A stretch of 63,975 bases of DNA, filler included, from Octopus bimaculoides (taxonomy: Eukaryota): the NCBI RefSeq assembly GCF_001194135.2. It is 4 parts of 4 records of this genome, joined end to end, with 100 filler letters (N's around TTAATTAATTAA, not from the genome) between each part and the next. Parts side by side here need not be neighbours in the genome. Positions count along the whole stretch, not along the records: positions 40,131 to 55,783 come from NC_068999.1; 3 more parts are not named here. One strand, 5' to 3'. Below the pieces are notes generated by a model, which made no database searches, had not been told where the DNA came from, and worked only from the letters and a program-made list of their open reading frames with translations. This document shows positions 41,138 through 55,783 of this stretch, in pieces; the stretch's first letter is position 1; every line of letters begins with the position of its first letter. The translations under genes and the position numbers were made by a program.

Positions 41138-44100
41138 CACATAGAGGGAAAGAGAGAGAGAGAGAGATGATAACCGACCACTAGCAAAGAAAACAAATTT
41201 TCATTTAATTTTTTACAGAACATGGGTTAGTGTTGGGAGATCAACCGCTCTATACAGGTTGCTGTGGTTTGAGAAGTAAAAGTTGATTTAATAACTTAGA
41301 AAATTTAGATTTTCACTACTCTACAGATGCTAGCGTCTATTCAAACCTCTTTGGGCTAAAACACTGAGATGCACATAACTCGTCCTTGGAAAATGTGAAT
41401 CAACGAAAACCTTGGTCACTCTCTGAGAATTGAGCAATATATTGTCATACATAAAGCAATAACTTGCTGTTAAAGTGCTGCAATACAGCAATAATTACTT
41501 GGCCTTCTAATAATATACCTAGATCTTCAACAACTGTTCTCCAAATTTTTTAACAGACACTTTTGGCGATGTTTTCTTTCACAATTTCTTTCATCAAAAG
41601 ATGATCAAATGGGTATACTTGAAATTATGTCTCAGTACGCATGCATACTTAACAGTATTTGCTAAGCCTACACAAACTTTGTACAGCCTCTGATAAGATG
41701 TTATCATTATGAAAATTACATTAACAAATTCTATCTGCAGTTAACTTACATGTTTAATTGCATTAGAGATGTCACATGTCACAATGTAGCCTAATAGATA
41801 AATAAACAATAACAGAAGTTAAATATACAAAAACAAAGTTAAGTATAAAAATGTTGCTCTATTTCGCCTGATTTACGTTTAGTATCCACCATGGCGTAAT
41901 TAATTCTATTGGCTTCAGATATAATGGATATCGATTTTCAGAACTTTATGCTTTTCTGAAGGGCATTATGATTGTAATTGCGATGAAATCCTTCTAACCG
42001 CAAATTGCCACCAGGACCTTAACCTATCACTCTATGAAACGTCAGTCACCAGTTCCACTAAATCACGTAGGCAAGTGCTCTTCAAATGCTAATATTATCG
42101 ATATTTTTGATCACCGCAATGAATTTGAATATTTGATTTATCTAGAGAACATAGTTAACTTAAGAAGACAAGACTGCTTCAATAGTGTAACACTCCAAGA
42201 AATAACGAGCCAAAATAGACATTCTTGTTTCGCTCAAGAGGACTGCCAAATAAATTGAGACAATTTTAACTTTCGCAGAAGGAAGGAAAAATTATACGAT
42301 ATTACAGCATTTTTCTTCCTTTCTTTTCTTTTACTTGTTCCTTTATTTCTTTATTTGTGCTCATCAAATATCCCTTAAAGTGAGATATTATCACTGTTGA
42401 GATTAATGTGTCACGGGAAAAGCGAGAAAGTTTTTACAATCTGTATAATTCTTCCTAAAGTTAATTTTAGAATTATATTTCAAAAGCTAGCTTGTAAAAT
42501 TGATTTTCATATTATCAGGCTGTTGGTACTTCATGCGAAGTTTTTATAACAGCAAGCCAGGAGGAAGTGATAGAGGATTAGTGACGAGTGTTAGAAGGGG
42601 ATTACTGAATTAATTTAGGAAAGAGATTATTGACATATTACTTGACCTCACTTGGAGGAGCTTAAATGCAGTACTTTATAATGAAAAGAGACAGGTTTTT
42701 AAAGTGGACAGAAATCGAAATTCCATTCGCCTGCATTACGTGTATACCTAACACACTTCATATTCATAGTAAAAAAATTTTTTTTTTAAATTATATTACA
42801 TGAAATTTATTTTAATTCCAACGAAGAGAATATTTATCGAACTTTCTAGCATTGATTTAGTTTTGAAAAACGTATAAACGGATCGATGACGGCTAATTTT
42901 GTCATTCATTCAATAATTCTTGTGAAGTTTTGAATATTAATTTGATGGTAATTCGGTGAATAATTTGGGTATCAATGAACAAGAGGCAAAACATGTGACA
43001 TGGGGATACCGTTCACTGTACTTTACGTGTGCAAGATAATTCAGTACAGCGTGATTTGCATATCAAGTGCAACAAACAACTCTTGTTGTGTTTAGACAAG
43101 CCATCTCCTTGTAATTTAATTGTGCCGCTCTATATAGAGCGGTGTATTCGAGCTTGTGAAGTGTTGAGGGAAAATTAATATGTTGTTTGTAATTCTATTA
43201 TAAGAATTTCACTTCAATTAGAAGCCACAAATGCGTGTGTGTAAGTCCTGTATAATATTTATGTTAATAATCATATTCATTGCAGCTTTCACTTGTAAAA
43301 TCCTTGTATTGAAAGACCAGGATGCTTCCTACACATATGAATATGAATTCTCTGACACAACTTTGAATATATTGATATATTCATCAATTTTACAATGTAC
43401 CGCTCTATGTGGAATATCATAAAGAAAGTATGGTTTCAACATCGTTGCAATCCCTTCCTCAAGTCTTTAAAGGACTAGATGGTCAAAAGTTAGCGATCAC
43501 CTAATGTAAATACCCTCGAGGATGACACAAAGAACGTTTATAAAACGTGATGGAGCCGTGGTAGTCAAACTTAATCCGTTATGTCATTTGAGTGCCTTGA
43601 CATTAGCGGAACTAATTCTGTTGTAAGCATTCGGGGCAGGAGAGCAGTCTTAATATAATTTTCTACCTTATCTCGGAAGGCCAGAAATATAAAGGTGGTT
43701 TGGCACTAGTTTTTATCCTTGCTTCTCCGTACACCAGTTTAATGGACCAGTTAACTCTGTTAATAGTAGATTAGAGAAAGTTGGAAAATGAGAGATTGAA
43801 TTAAATTACTATTATATATGATATTGACTTAATAAATTGGGTGAATGTCTTTGAATACACACATTTTATAATATAAAATTCTATTTTATTACCGTTTAGT
43901 TCTATATATTACCGGCAAATCATTGAGATCATTACCATATAGTTTATTAATCAAGTCGTCTGGCGGCTACACATTAATTTATGCAGCATTCGTTAACCTG
44001 TACACAACCGGTTAAAGCTAATCAAAATATAAACTATATGTTCAATCGTGCAGCTATTCTTTCTTATTCCGTGTATCAATATCACTATAGTCAGAACAGA

Positions 44101-45074
44101 GTGGTGTTGGCGATATACATTTGACAATTGCACTCCTACCACTCGAGCCATTAATCTTGAAGCAATTGTGTCAATTATTGAAATAGCACACTCGTGTTTC
44201 TTTACTTTAGGTTCAATCCTAGTTAAAACATGAAACAGTAGATTAATTATCCAATGATCTGTCGGATTTGAGGTAGATAATGGGAACCTATTAGATATAG
44301 TTAAACAAAGCATTGACTTTCGTAGCAGTAACAATTTGTTATTATGAAGGTCATATATATCTAACAATGACTACAGGACTACAGCATAAATGAAGCTTTT
44401 ATTTTACACGTATCTCATTGATGGAGGTCAAAGTCTACCCAGAATTGATATGAACTCTAAACGTATCGGGACAGCATAAATGTTATTAGACATTTTGGAT
44501 GGAGCATTACTAAGTGTACATACTTGATTTTGAGAAGAATATTAAATGTTTCAAATGATATTTTTTTATGTGATGATTTTCTGATTTGGCTATCTCACCA
44601 GCTTTAATTGCTTAAATAGTAACATTTTCAAAGTTGAAGTCAATGTCAAAATGAAGTTAAAATTTTCTCAATAAGATTAATGTACAGACAAGAAAAATAT
44701 CTGTTAATTATATTTTATGTATATCTTATATTTTATTTCGCAGTGAAATTCAAAAGTGAACAAACACATAATCAATATATAGCTGTATTATTATAATCAA
44801 TAATTTCATTAAGTTAATATTCAATTGAAATATATCGTGGGAGATTACAATAAATTTCAGTGATTCCTGTCTATTAATTTATTTTCTTCTGTTTGTTGTG
44901 TTTCAAAGAGATGAATTTGTAACAAATAATCAACAGTCTAGTATTGTAGTGAAGTAAACAGGCGTCGTTCACAAATAAGTCAAAATAAAAAAACAAACCA
45001 CAAGATAAGACTAATACTACAGTATGCAATCTCTCTCTCTCTCTCTCTCTCTCAACAAACGGAGATAATAACTC

Positions 45075-45460
45075 AGATTGAACTATTGGCTGGGTCTGAA
45101 AGAATCGGCAGTACCCTTATTCAGTTCAATCCCTCCTAGGTCAATGTATTTGATGTTACTGATAATCCTCCCCCAAAATTTAAAATCAATAACATCAGGG
45201 AAAGCATGAGCAGAGATGGAATTACGGAGACATATGCCGTTCTAGTAAGAAAGGCGATCGTATAGTGGTTAATGTAGGGACCTAGCGGCAGGGCTTCTAA
45301 AACTTTTTTAAGTGTAAGAGAGGCGGGTGGAACAGGAATGCCTAAGAGAAGGTTGTTGTGAACCCAGCCTCTTCAGTGGGGCAGAGGCCATTGTAGTACG
45401 GTAGAGATATCCGTGCATTTTCATACCGTTCATATTCTTACTTGACATATTGTACCCCAC
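45075..45460 (-). mobile_element. CR1/L2-group LINE, decayed RT C-terminal end
   Basis: Frameshifted minus translation YRYYNGLCPTE...STRLS...NHYTIAFLTRTA...NSxxAHAFPD resembles the L2/Crack-type C-terminus. Confidence 0.55.
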
Positions 45461-45899
45461 ACTACAGTACAAAGTGGAGCCCTCTCGTTCTAAGGGACCG
45501 CCTCGCTGTCTGTTGATTGGCTAAAATTACCCAAATTTCCTAAATTTAATTCCAAATATCACCAGACTCTTTAATTTATGAGATAAAGTAATTGGTTGAT
45601 CGTAATCAAAATTCAGAGTTGCATCGATGCGCCAAAATTGAAAGCAATCTGAGCAAAATAAAATTTGGCTCATTTTGCGGATTAAACATACTAGATCGAG
45701 GAGCTTCACCAAAGTTCTAGTTTGAACGGCAGATTAGTGCTTATGTGAATGTCTTGTTAAAAACTCCTAAAAGTGGCTTTCCTTTGAATCAGTAAGTATA
45801 GGTTAAAGTCGTGAGCTAAGACAAACAATTAGGCAATACTTTAACCTAATTTAGCTACATAACGAATGGTAAAACAAATAGTCTCTGTTTCAGAGAGAT

Positions 45900-46520
45900 G
45901 TAGGTTAGTCAGAGCATGAAATATCTTCATCAGTAGTATTTGTTCTGGCTCATTATGTGCAAGAGGATGGTGGTCCAATTAAATCCAGTTCGATTATTCT
46001 TTAGATACATCCATGATCAGAAAGGTGATAATCGTGAGAGAAAGGAATGGTGAGGTAAAATGAATATTAGCAGTTCTAAAGTTCTACAAATACTGAGAAG
46101 GAATAAATAATACGTTGTGGTGAGAGAAAGAGAGATAGGTATTAGCTTTATACTAAATATATACTACTTCGTAGCGTGAGGGTTATTCAATCCAGAGAAA
46201 TTATGAGAAATAATAAATGATACAATCCTGTGTGAGAAAGATAAGTAGATAAATAGATAAGGGCATTATAGTTGATATATAGTAATCAGTATTAGACGGA
46301 ATGATTACAGAGGAAATTAGGGGAAGTGATTGCAGAGACTATTGAGGGGAATTCCTAGCGCGAGAAATTAGGAGGGAAGGCCATTGTGAAAACGGACAAA
46401 TAAGGGAAAAATTAAAACAAAGCAGACGTCATACCTACAGGGCTGGGTATCAATGAGAGTGGGAGTAGGTATAAAGTGGACGTAAAGCAGATAGTGGGTG
46501 GTGAAATTTTACTAGAGGAG
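45900..46520 (-). mobile_element. Heavily decayed LINE region, possibly the AP-endonuclease part of the adjacent element
   Basis: Pyrimidine-rich sense strand and a remnant HLSDHGCI (SDH motif); many stops. Confidence 0.3.
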
Positions 46521-47353
46521 AGAACTAGGATTGCCTAGCCACGAAAAAACGCTGCAAATCGATGACAACTAGCAAATAAAAATTTAAGATTTGCAGTATA
46601 AAAGCTAAGGTTAACTCATAATGTTATAAAAATAAAAATAAATTATTTAATGAAAATAATTAATAAAACAATAAAAATAATCAAATTAAAATTAGAAATA
46701 AAATTAACACTGAAAATTAAAATTTAGATTAAATTGAAAATAAAAAATGAGTATCGCTGGCGCTAATGAAGTTACAATGTTAATGAAACCTGCAGGAGAA
46801 CTATGGCCCCAAAGCATCTGTACAGATAGGCAGAGAAGATTTAGTGCTGTATATTTAATAACGGTTAATGGGTTATGTATTTGGAAGTGTTGGACAGGTA
46901 ATATGTCTAATAGTGACAATCAGAAGTGTTAGTATTTCTACACTTAGATCTATGGAAAAAATTGAAGGACTTAAAAACATTCTGCATACAAGTGGAGAAT
47001 GCTTCCTGTTTGTTAAGTAAGAGTGTAGGGATACGTAACAATGGGTGCATGGATTCTTGTAGGCATAAACCAATAGGTACCATGTTGACCCTGGTGTAGG
47101 AGGTCGGAATCAGTTATAGACCAGTATATACTATAAGGAATGTTCTTTCTTTTTAAGGTAATGCACTATAGATATATATGTGCGTGCGTGTGTATGCATT
47201 TTGCCTCGTTTCCAAAATTCCTTTGGTATCTAAAAATATTCCATACGTCGGTGAAAATCTAAGCTTTTTTTTATACCTGAGGAGTTTTCCTTCTATATCA
47301 AGAACCATACTTAAGAAAGTTTGTGTATGTGCGTGTCTGTGTATATCTGTACC

Positions 47354-47385
<32 letters not shown>

Positions 47386-48378
47386 NNNNNNNNNNNNNNN
47401 NNNNNNNNNNNNNNNNNNNNNNNNNNNNNNNNNATATGTACATATATATATACATTAGAAGACATCTAATTCACCCTGTGCTTACAATATAGCTTTGTCT
47501 GTAAAATATAGTTTCCACTGTTGTTTAAGTTCTTCTCGAAACTTTGATGATAAATTTTAAGTTCTTAGGCAAGTACATTTCTCAGAACCATGAATAGCTT
47601 CACCTAAGATTGTGTAATTATGTTTGTTGTTTGTTCTTATTCCAACAGGCGAAATTTTAATAAGATCTAGTTTAGAGATGTACAAGCCGCATCCAATTAG
47701 TTAGAGTACTATTAAGTGTGGCATAGTTCTTAGTTGTAAACATTTTACCTGTATATCTGTATCTAATTAGAAACTATAATTTTCAATGAGATTTTTTACC
47801 TGAGAGAATTCAGCAACTACAGAGCTCTATTATGCATTTATATCGTCTCGTTTATTATCATGTGGCTTTAGCTGTTTATGTTATATTTATTATCTTTCTT
47901 TTCTCGTTTTATCGAATAAGATTGCTGCAAGTAAACGAAATAACAAAAAGGAAGTTGAATGAATGTGTGAATTATGTGAGGGTTAGGTGCTGCCGTCATA
48001 CATTTAGTAACACATTGTTAGCGAGACTATTTCTTGAAGATATAAAAGCTACTTCTAAAACTTTATATTTTCCCCCGTTTCTTTCGAAAGGTAGCACACG
48101 CAGCTAAATGTATTTCAATATATAATGAACCTAGTTGCATATATAGTAAAATGCTATTCATTCTATAAGACTGTTACGGAAGTACCATTGTTTTTTTGTT
48201 TTTTTTTTCTTTGTATTAGACCTGGTAGCAACAAAAATAGACTTCTGTGGACTGTGATTGTCTGCATGCAACACCTATACAGAGATAGAACGTAAATCGA
48301 TAGGAATAACTGTGTTGGAATCAAATACAACTCTTTTTTTTTCTTAGGAAAATGCTCTTTCTTATATAAACACACACA

Positions 48379-48412
<34 letters not shown>

Positions 48413-49097
48413 GTATATACGAGTATGTATGTGTATATGTATGTATGCATGCATGTATGTTTGAATATTTGAATGATTCTGTGTGAATATATATTTTCCC
48501 TACTAGTACATCGACTGCAATAGCAACCACAACAATGATCACACTAGTGATAATAATAATGATGATGATGATGATCATTATAATAACAATATTCGCCCCT
48601 TTCAAAATATATCTTAATATCAAAAACAAAATAAGCGTGGAAATGCACAGTAGAGCAAATACAAATGGAGTTGTGTGTCGGCTCCAATAGTTGATTTCAA
48701 TTTTATTTTAATGATCCCAAAACCATGAAAAGTAACTATGACCTTGGAAGTATTTGAACTCAGAAAAATACCACAGGGCGACAAAGTAATACTCAAATTA
48801 TTCTGCTTGCACGTTGCCTTATAATAATTAGCTTGGATTTAAACACTACGCCGGCAGTCTTGAAAGGTGGTGGGGTTGTCGATAGCATCCATATGAGTAC
48901 TTCACTAGCACTCTATTGTTCGAGCCTTGAGGTAAGGAAAACAAATCTAGACCCGGTAGGATACGAAAACAGAATGTAAGAGCTAAATAATACAAATATT
49001 TTGCTGGTTGAAGACGACTAGGGTCATATGTAAAATAATTAATCATCAAATGACAATTAAATATTCATATATGACCTTCTACTTGAGAGCATAATAA

Positions 49098-49300
49098 TTT
49101 CAAATTTTGGCACATGGCCAGCAATGTCGGGGGAATAAATCAGTTCCAATGTTCAAATTGTTCAAAGTTCAATGTTCAAATTGTTCAAATTGTACTTATT
49201 TTGTCGACATCGAAAGAATAAAACGCAAAGTCAATCCCGACGACATTTGAACTCAGAATGTAAAAACGAGTAAAATAACACTACGAATTTTGCCCTGCGA
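49098..49300 (-). mobile_element. SINE family A, degraded
   Basis: tttcaaattttggcacatggcc...gtacttattttgtcgac...atttgaactcagaatgt. Confidence 0.7.
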
Positions 49301-50057
49301 ATCTCAGAATCCGAATAACTAGTGTTCTTTAAGAAAGAAGATGAAAAGGTTGCGCAGATTGAAAGAGGACATAAAATTAATGCTAGCATATTGAAATCGA
49401 GTGTGTACGGACTGGTTTATTTAAAATATTAAATATCAATAATATTGGTTTAAGTATTACTTCATGGTCAACATATGTTTGACAGCCATGACAATTGTTG
49501 AACTGTTAGATATAAGAAGCGAATCGGCAGGAAACACCATTTCATTAAAATTTTACATGAAATATATTGTTATACATTAGTATATATCAAAATTATAGCT
49601 GTGTATAAAAAATAAAATTACGACTTATATCGAAGATTTTTTTTTCTGGTAAGTGATGTGAATTTTTACAATTCTGTAAATAAAATGAGTAATATTTTAT
49701 AAGTTTAAAGCGTATGAGTGATCACTGTGTAATTACAAATATTGTCTAATATTGTCTAATGATAATAATAAGTCTAATATTGGAGCATATAAACCTTTCA
49801 AAGAAGAATGTAGGATTTTTTCCCATGCCGAATGCGTACGGAAAAAACCCTTCTTTTTTTCCGTCGAGAGCATATTTGCCTCAATGTTAGACTATTGAGT
49901 CATTACACAGCGATCGCTTATAAGCTTTAAGCTTATAAAATATCATTATGATATACGTGTGTGTGTTTGTGTCTGTGTGTCTATATATATACATGTGTGT
50001 GTTGGTGTGTGTGTGTATGTGTGTGTGAGTATCTCTGTGTGTGCATGTCTGTGTTTA

Positions 50058-50098
<41 letters not shown>

Positions 50099-51030
50099 AC
50101 ACATAAGTTAGAAGGAAAAGAATACAAATGAGAAAATTATAACACTACAATAGTTGTATATCTTCCTAAGTTCATGTGATAAGTCTATATAAATAATCTG
50201 AAGGATGAAGGTTCAAATATGTTTTGAAACATTCTTTATTTTATTATACACAAGTGAATAAAATGTGATAACTGGTACACGTTCTTAACTAGAAACACAA
50301 ATAAACAATTTTAAAGCACAGAAAACATAAATACGTCCACGNNNNNNNNNNNNNNNNNNNNNNNNNNNNNNNNNNNNNNNNNNNNNNNNNNNNNNNNNNN
50401 NNNNNNNNNNNNNNNNNNNNNNNNNNNNNNNNNNNNNNNNNNNNNNNNNNNNNNNNNNNNNNNNNNNNNNNNNNNNNNNNNNNNNNNNNNNNNNNNNNNN
50501 NNNNNNNNNNNNNNNNNNNNNNNNNNNNNNNNNNNNNNNNNNNNNNNNNNNNNNNNNNNNNNNNNNNNNNNNNNNNNNNNNNNNNNNNNNNNNNNNNNNN
50601 NNNNNNNATATATATATATATATACATATATACAAGATTATATATAAAATATAATAATATTGAAAGCAAACAATAATTAAAAACAAAAGCATGGAAAAGC
50701 ACAACAGAGCAGAGTAAAAGACAAAGGTGTTGTACAAGAAGAATCCAGAAAAATCATACTAATTGTCACAGGAATAAATTTACAAGCTGACGTCATTAGT
50801 GTGAAGATATTGCAGTTGCTTGGTAACTGTTGTGCCTCTAAATGCAAAATGCAAATGGTAATTAAGTTGGCAGTTGTTAGCTGGAAGGCAAAGTGAAAGC
50901 AAACGAACAGCTAATGATATAAAACATATATTCACACACACTCACAGAAAACTCGGATACACACTCACACGGAATCAATCAAACTCTCATACAAACAGAG
51001 ACACAGACACACACACATACACACACGCAG

Positions 51031-51061
<31 letters not shown>

Positions 51062-51081
51062 ATCATATGTATGCGTATATG

Positions 51082-51200
<119 letters not shown>

Positions 51201-51339
51201 ATGTATATATGTATGCATGTATATATAAGCATACACTTCAGTATATACATATATATATATATATGTACAAATTCATATATATACATAGTGGGTTATCACC
51301 TATAATGTTAGGTTGCTACACGTTTTCAGCAGTCTTGTA

Positions 51340-51985
51340 ATTTGAACCTTTCTTTCTGTAGGAGCTCTACCGGACATTGAATTCCAATCTCCCTCAGCCA
51401 TTTGTCTCTATCTTTGCTTACTGCTGTTCCCAACGCACCACTTATTGTAGACACGGGCTCTACATTTTTCTGACACATTGTCTCCATATATATTTTTTCT
51501 CAAGTTGTTTATTTTTATCGCTTAGTCTTGGGCTGTTGCTATTAGGCTCTCTCATTCTTTTTATTTAATTGGCTATTTTATAGAATGGATTTTGTCCCAC
51601 ATACATCTTCCGTGGCTCTCCAAAGTTAGCCGTGCAGAGCTTTCTCTTTGATCTGTTTGATTTGCTCTATTTGTATTTCATTCTTGTACTTTTCTCCTAT
51701 TAAGCATTTTGTCATCTGTTCTTTATTAACTTCTTTAGTAGATTTTCTGTGCTGCTCTGTAAATACGCGACTAGACTTTTTCTTTGGACCTGTACGCATT
51801 GTTCTACTGCTATTAAGCCTCTTCCACCCTGGTCTCACTTCAAGTACAGCCGGTTTATATCCCCTTTCGGATGGTGGGCGCCCAACATTCGTCAACAATG
51901 TCCTAGGTTTTCTGTTATTTTTCTTTACATCGTTTTTGGTCCATTATTTTTATTATTTCTATTTATCACAGGTTTTGTTGGAGGT
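51340..51985 (-). mobile_element. R4/Dong-like LINE, fragment of the ORF upstream of the RT
   Basis: NVGRPPSERGYKPAVLEVRPGWKRL...KCLIGEKYKNEIQIEQIKQIKEKAL resembles the pre-RT region of R4-clade ORFs (PxWKRRL...KYKI...LKQK). Confidence 0.55.
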
Positions 51986-51999
51986 TCTGGAGTCTTACA

Positions 52000-52497
52000 G
52001 GCCTAGAGGGCTTGCTACCAGGAGTCTAGGGTACCATGCTATCCATTCTTTACAGCTATCTAGTACTTCGCTTACTATTCTGGCCGTGCCAAGGAGGCAA
52101 ACATTTGGTAACATTTCTACTGGGCACTCTATTCCAGTTTCCTTTATATTCCTCTGGATGACACTGTTCTGAAGGGCCCAACAATAATTGGCAACCCTCC
52201 ACTTTCTTCATTTTCCATAGCCGGGTTATTTCGTACTTAAGGGGTTTTTATTTATCTATGTTTTCAACTTACTTCTTGAATATCCGTGGGTCAAAATGGC
52301 ACACAACAAACATAACCTAAATAGCATATGTGGTGCATCTTGTCCATCAGCACTGGGTCCGATCTGTTATGCTCTAGCACCGGATCAGTTTGGGCTGGGA
52401 AATCCCAGAGGATTTTGCTAGTCTCCGACTCTGCGGTTTGTGCTGAAATCACGTCTTGACTCTCTCTAGCCCTCACTTTGAGTATAGTTTCCAATGT
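52000..52497 (-). mobile_element. R4/Dong-like RLE endonuclease and 3' end, next to a (TAA)/(TTA) tract
   Basis: ESETSKILWDFPAQTDPVLEHNRSDPVLMDK...; LPIIVG...NIKETGIECPVEMLPNVCLLGTARIVSEVLDS. Confidence 0.85.
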
Positions 52498-52581
52498 AGG
52501 TATAATAATAATAATAATAATTATTATTATTATTATTATTATTATCATTATTGAAATCCTCAAAATATGTGACATATCCGG

Positions 52582-52623
<42 letters not shown>

Positions 52624-52702
52624 CACACAAACAAATATATATTCATACATATATGTATTATATATATACACATAGATATACAGAGATATAAATACACACA
52701 CA

Positions 52703-52782
<80 letters not shown>

Positions 52783-54053
52783 GTATATTATTCACTTCCG
52801 TTACTAAACAAACATAATATGGTAAATAGCGTTTGGTGCCAATGTTCGACATGTTTCTCATTTAATGTAGATACTAAAATGTATAACAATTAATATAACA
52901 CTAATCAATGGGTTAATTATACCGCTCTTTCTTAGTAGTAATTTTTCACGATGTGTTATTTCTCAAATAATTATATTATATTGAGTTATTTATATGACAC
53001 ACATGATCCCGAATAATCCACAATAACATACATTACTATTATTGTACTTTTAAGTTGAATTAAGAACTTGAATGGTGAAAAAGGCTGTAATTCATCATTT
53101 TCGTATTGTTTTCATGTCTATGCACTGAGCACAAAATTATCCATTTTAATTTATAATTGTTTAATCATTTCAAATAGTATCTAGTTATGAGTAATGAGTC
53201 CAGTGTATCAGATTAATTCTTATGCTCCATAAATTACGTTAATTTTGATATATTTGCCTCACTGTACAACGCCATAGTAGTTTACAGACAACCCAAGCGT
53301 TTTAATTCTATTGTCTTACAAATTATATTTTAGAATTCTCGCCGATGCTTGAAGGGTTAGTTTTAAAATTATTAAAACTACAGGAATTGGAGTTGACTTA
53401 GGTGTGGCGCTAAAGAAAAACGGAATCTATGTATGTATGTATATACACATGTATATATATATGTATACGCAGACAGACATACACATGCGCGTGCTCAGAC
53501 GCGTACATACACACATCCAAGAATTCAGTAAATTTCCAAACATCAGNNNNNNNNNNNNNNNNNNNNNNNNNNNNNNNNNNNNNNNNNNNNNNNNNNNNNN
53601 NNNNNNNNNNNNNNNNNNNNNNNNNNNNNNNNNNNNNNNNNNNNNNNNNNNNNNNNNNNNNNNNNNNNNNNNNNNNNNNNNNNNNNNNNNNNNNNNNNNN
53701 NNNNNNNNNNNNNNNNNNNNNNNNNNNNNNNNNNNNNNNNNNNNNNNNNNNNNNNNNNNNNNNNNNNNNNNNNNNNNNNNNNNNNNNNNNNNNNNNNNNN
53801 NNNNNNNNNNNNNNNNNNNNNNNNNNNNNNNNNNNNNNNNNNNNNNNNNNNNNNNNNNNNNNNNNNNNNNNNNNNNNNNNNNNNNNNNNNNNNNNNNNNN
53901 NNNNNNNNNNNNNNNNNNNNNNNNNNNNNNNNNNNNNNNNNNNNNNNNNNNNNNNNNNNNNNNNNNNNNNNNNNNNNNNNNNNNNNNNNNNNNNNNNNNN
54001 NNNNNNNNNNNNNNNNNNNNNNNNNNNNNNNNNNNNNNNNNNNNNNNNNNNNN

Positions 54054-54086
<33 letters not shown>

Positions 54087-54917
54087 ATACACATGTATAT
54101 ATATATGTATACGCAGACAGACATACACATGCGCGTGCTCAGACGCGTACATACACACATCCAAGAATTCAGTAAATTTCCAAACATCAGTTGAATTTGG
54201 TAAGCAAGGCTGTTAGTAATAAAACGAGGTTCCTTTCTTATTCAAAATGGAAAAGAAAATCAAGAATACATATGATAACATCAATAAAACACCGATAAAA
54301 CTTCAACACAAACAAATTAATATAAATCAAAAATATTTAACCACAGAATCACGAAGAACACGAGTAACAAGCAAAGTATTCTGAAACTGCAGTGTATTGA
54401 ACATGACTTCAACATAAAAACAAACATAATTTATTATTTATAGTTACATAGCTCATTAACAGACAGATTTATGTTAATATTTAGCAACCTTATTAATATT
54501 CATTTGAACATATGACCAACAGTGTCCTTCTTAAGGTCAAATTTAATTCCTAGACGAACACAGGCGCACACTTCAAATACTCATACACACACACACGTTA
54601 TAAACTGTGTGTGTATGCGTGTATGTATGTATGGAAGATAGTGATAATGAGGTGAATATGATGATGATGATGACAATGACGGAGAGGTGTAATTTCGTCT
54701 CAAATATTGCGTTTGCCCTTCTTTACTATCCACTATATATATATATCTAATTCTATATCTACGAGTCATATACTGTATATTACCTACGATGGTGTGACAC
54801 ACTTGACGCAATGAATAACGTTTCGGAGAAAATTTATTTTAGGATACATTCGGAGCTTTCCAATTAAAACGATTCCTTTCTTCATTCTGGATAGTTAAAG
54901 TGTCACCAAATCTCTCA

Positions 54918-54981
<64 letters not shown>

Positions 54982-55721
54982 CTCTCCCTCTCCCTCTTCA
55001 TTTCTCCTTTCTCCCTTAGTCTTTCTCATTTTCTCGACTCTTCGTTTCCCCCTCTCTCTCCCTCTCCCTCTCTCATTCATTCTCCCTCTTTCTTATTGTT
55101 TACCTAGAAAGTCCATGTACTTTAAAAGCCCCGCGTCATTAAATTTAATCATGGTCTTTGCCATTGAGAATAGCACAGATGCTAAACATATCTCTTGGAT
55201 ACATAACACTTTCACGATAATTTCGTGAGTTCGTATTCAGATGTTTCAAAACTGAATATCAATTGTTAAAACGATTATGTGGACGCTCAAGACAAGAGTA
55301 TAAGTAAGGTATCAATTATTTGTAGATACACAGACGCTCATATGAGAAGTATACGAAAAAGAATCTATGAAAAATATATGTATTTCTTTAACGAGACTTT
55401 AAAAGTTCTTAAGCAGGCTATATTAATATTGTGTATAGAATGGCTTTTGATGGGTAGAGTTGATTTCTCTAGAATTCCACCTGACACACATGCGTCAATT
55501 GCACCAATACAAAATTGGTACACAAGAATATGTAGCACCATAGAATATGAACCTGTCAATGAAAATATGTAGCACAGTTTTAAATGAGGGACTTACAGCG
55601 TAGAGAGTGCGAACGGGCATCATTCATTTAAAATCAATGAACGCAAATAGTGATGAGATATTTCAGGCTCACACACGGACACGTGCCCAAAGGTATATAT
55701 AATTACTTGTGTTTGTGTGCA

Positions 55722-55783
<62 letters not shown>

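Noticed and set aside
43231-43422. 63-aa ORF with a TM-like N-terminus
   Set aside because: Composition is consistent with a random AT-rich frame; no other support.
53428-54190. About 115-bp identical direct repeat on both sides of an N gap
   Set aside because: Typical overlap of contig ends across a mis-sized gap; an assembly artefact unless long reads show otherwise.
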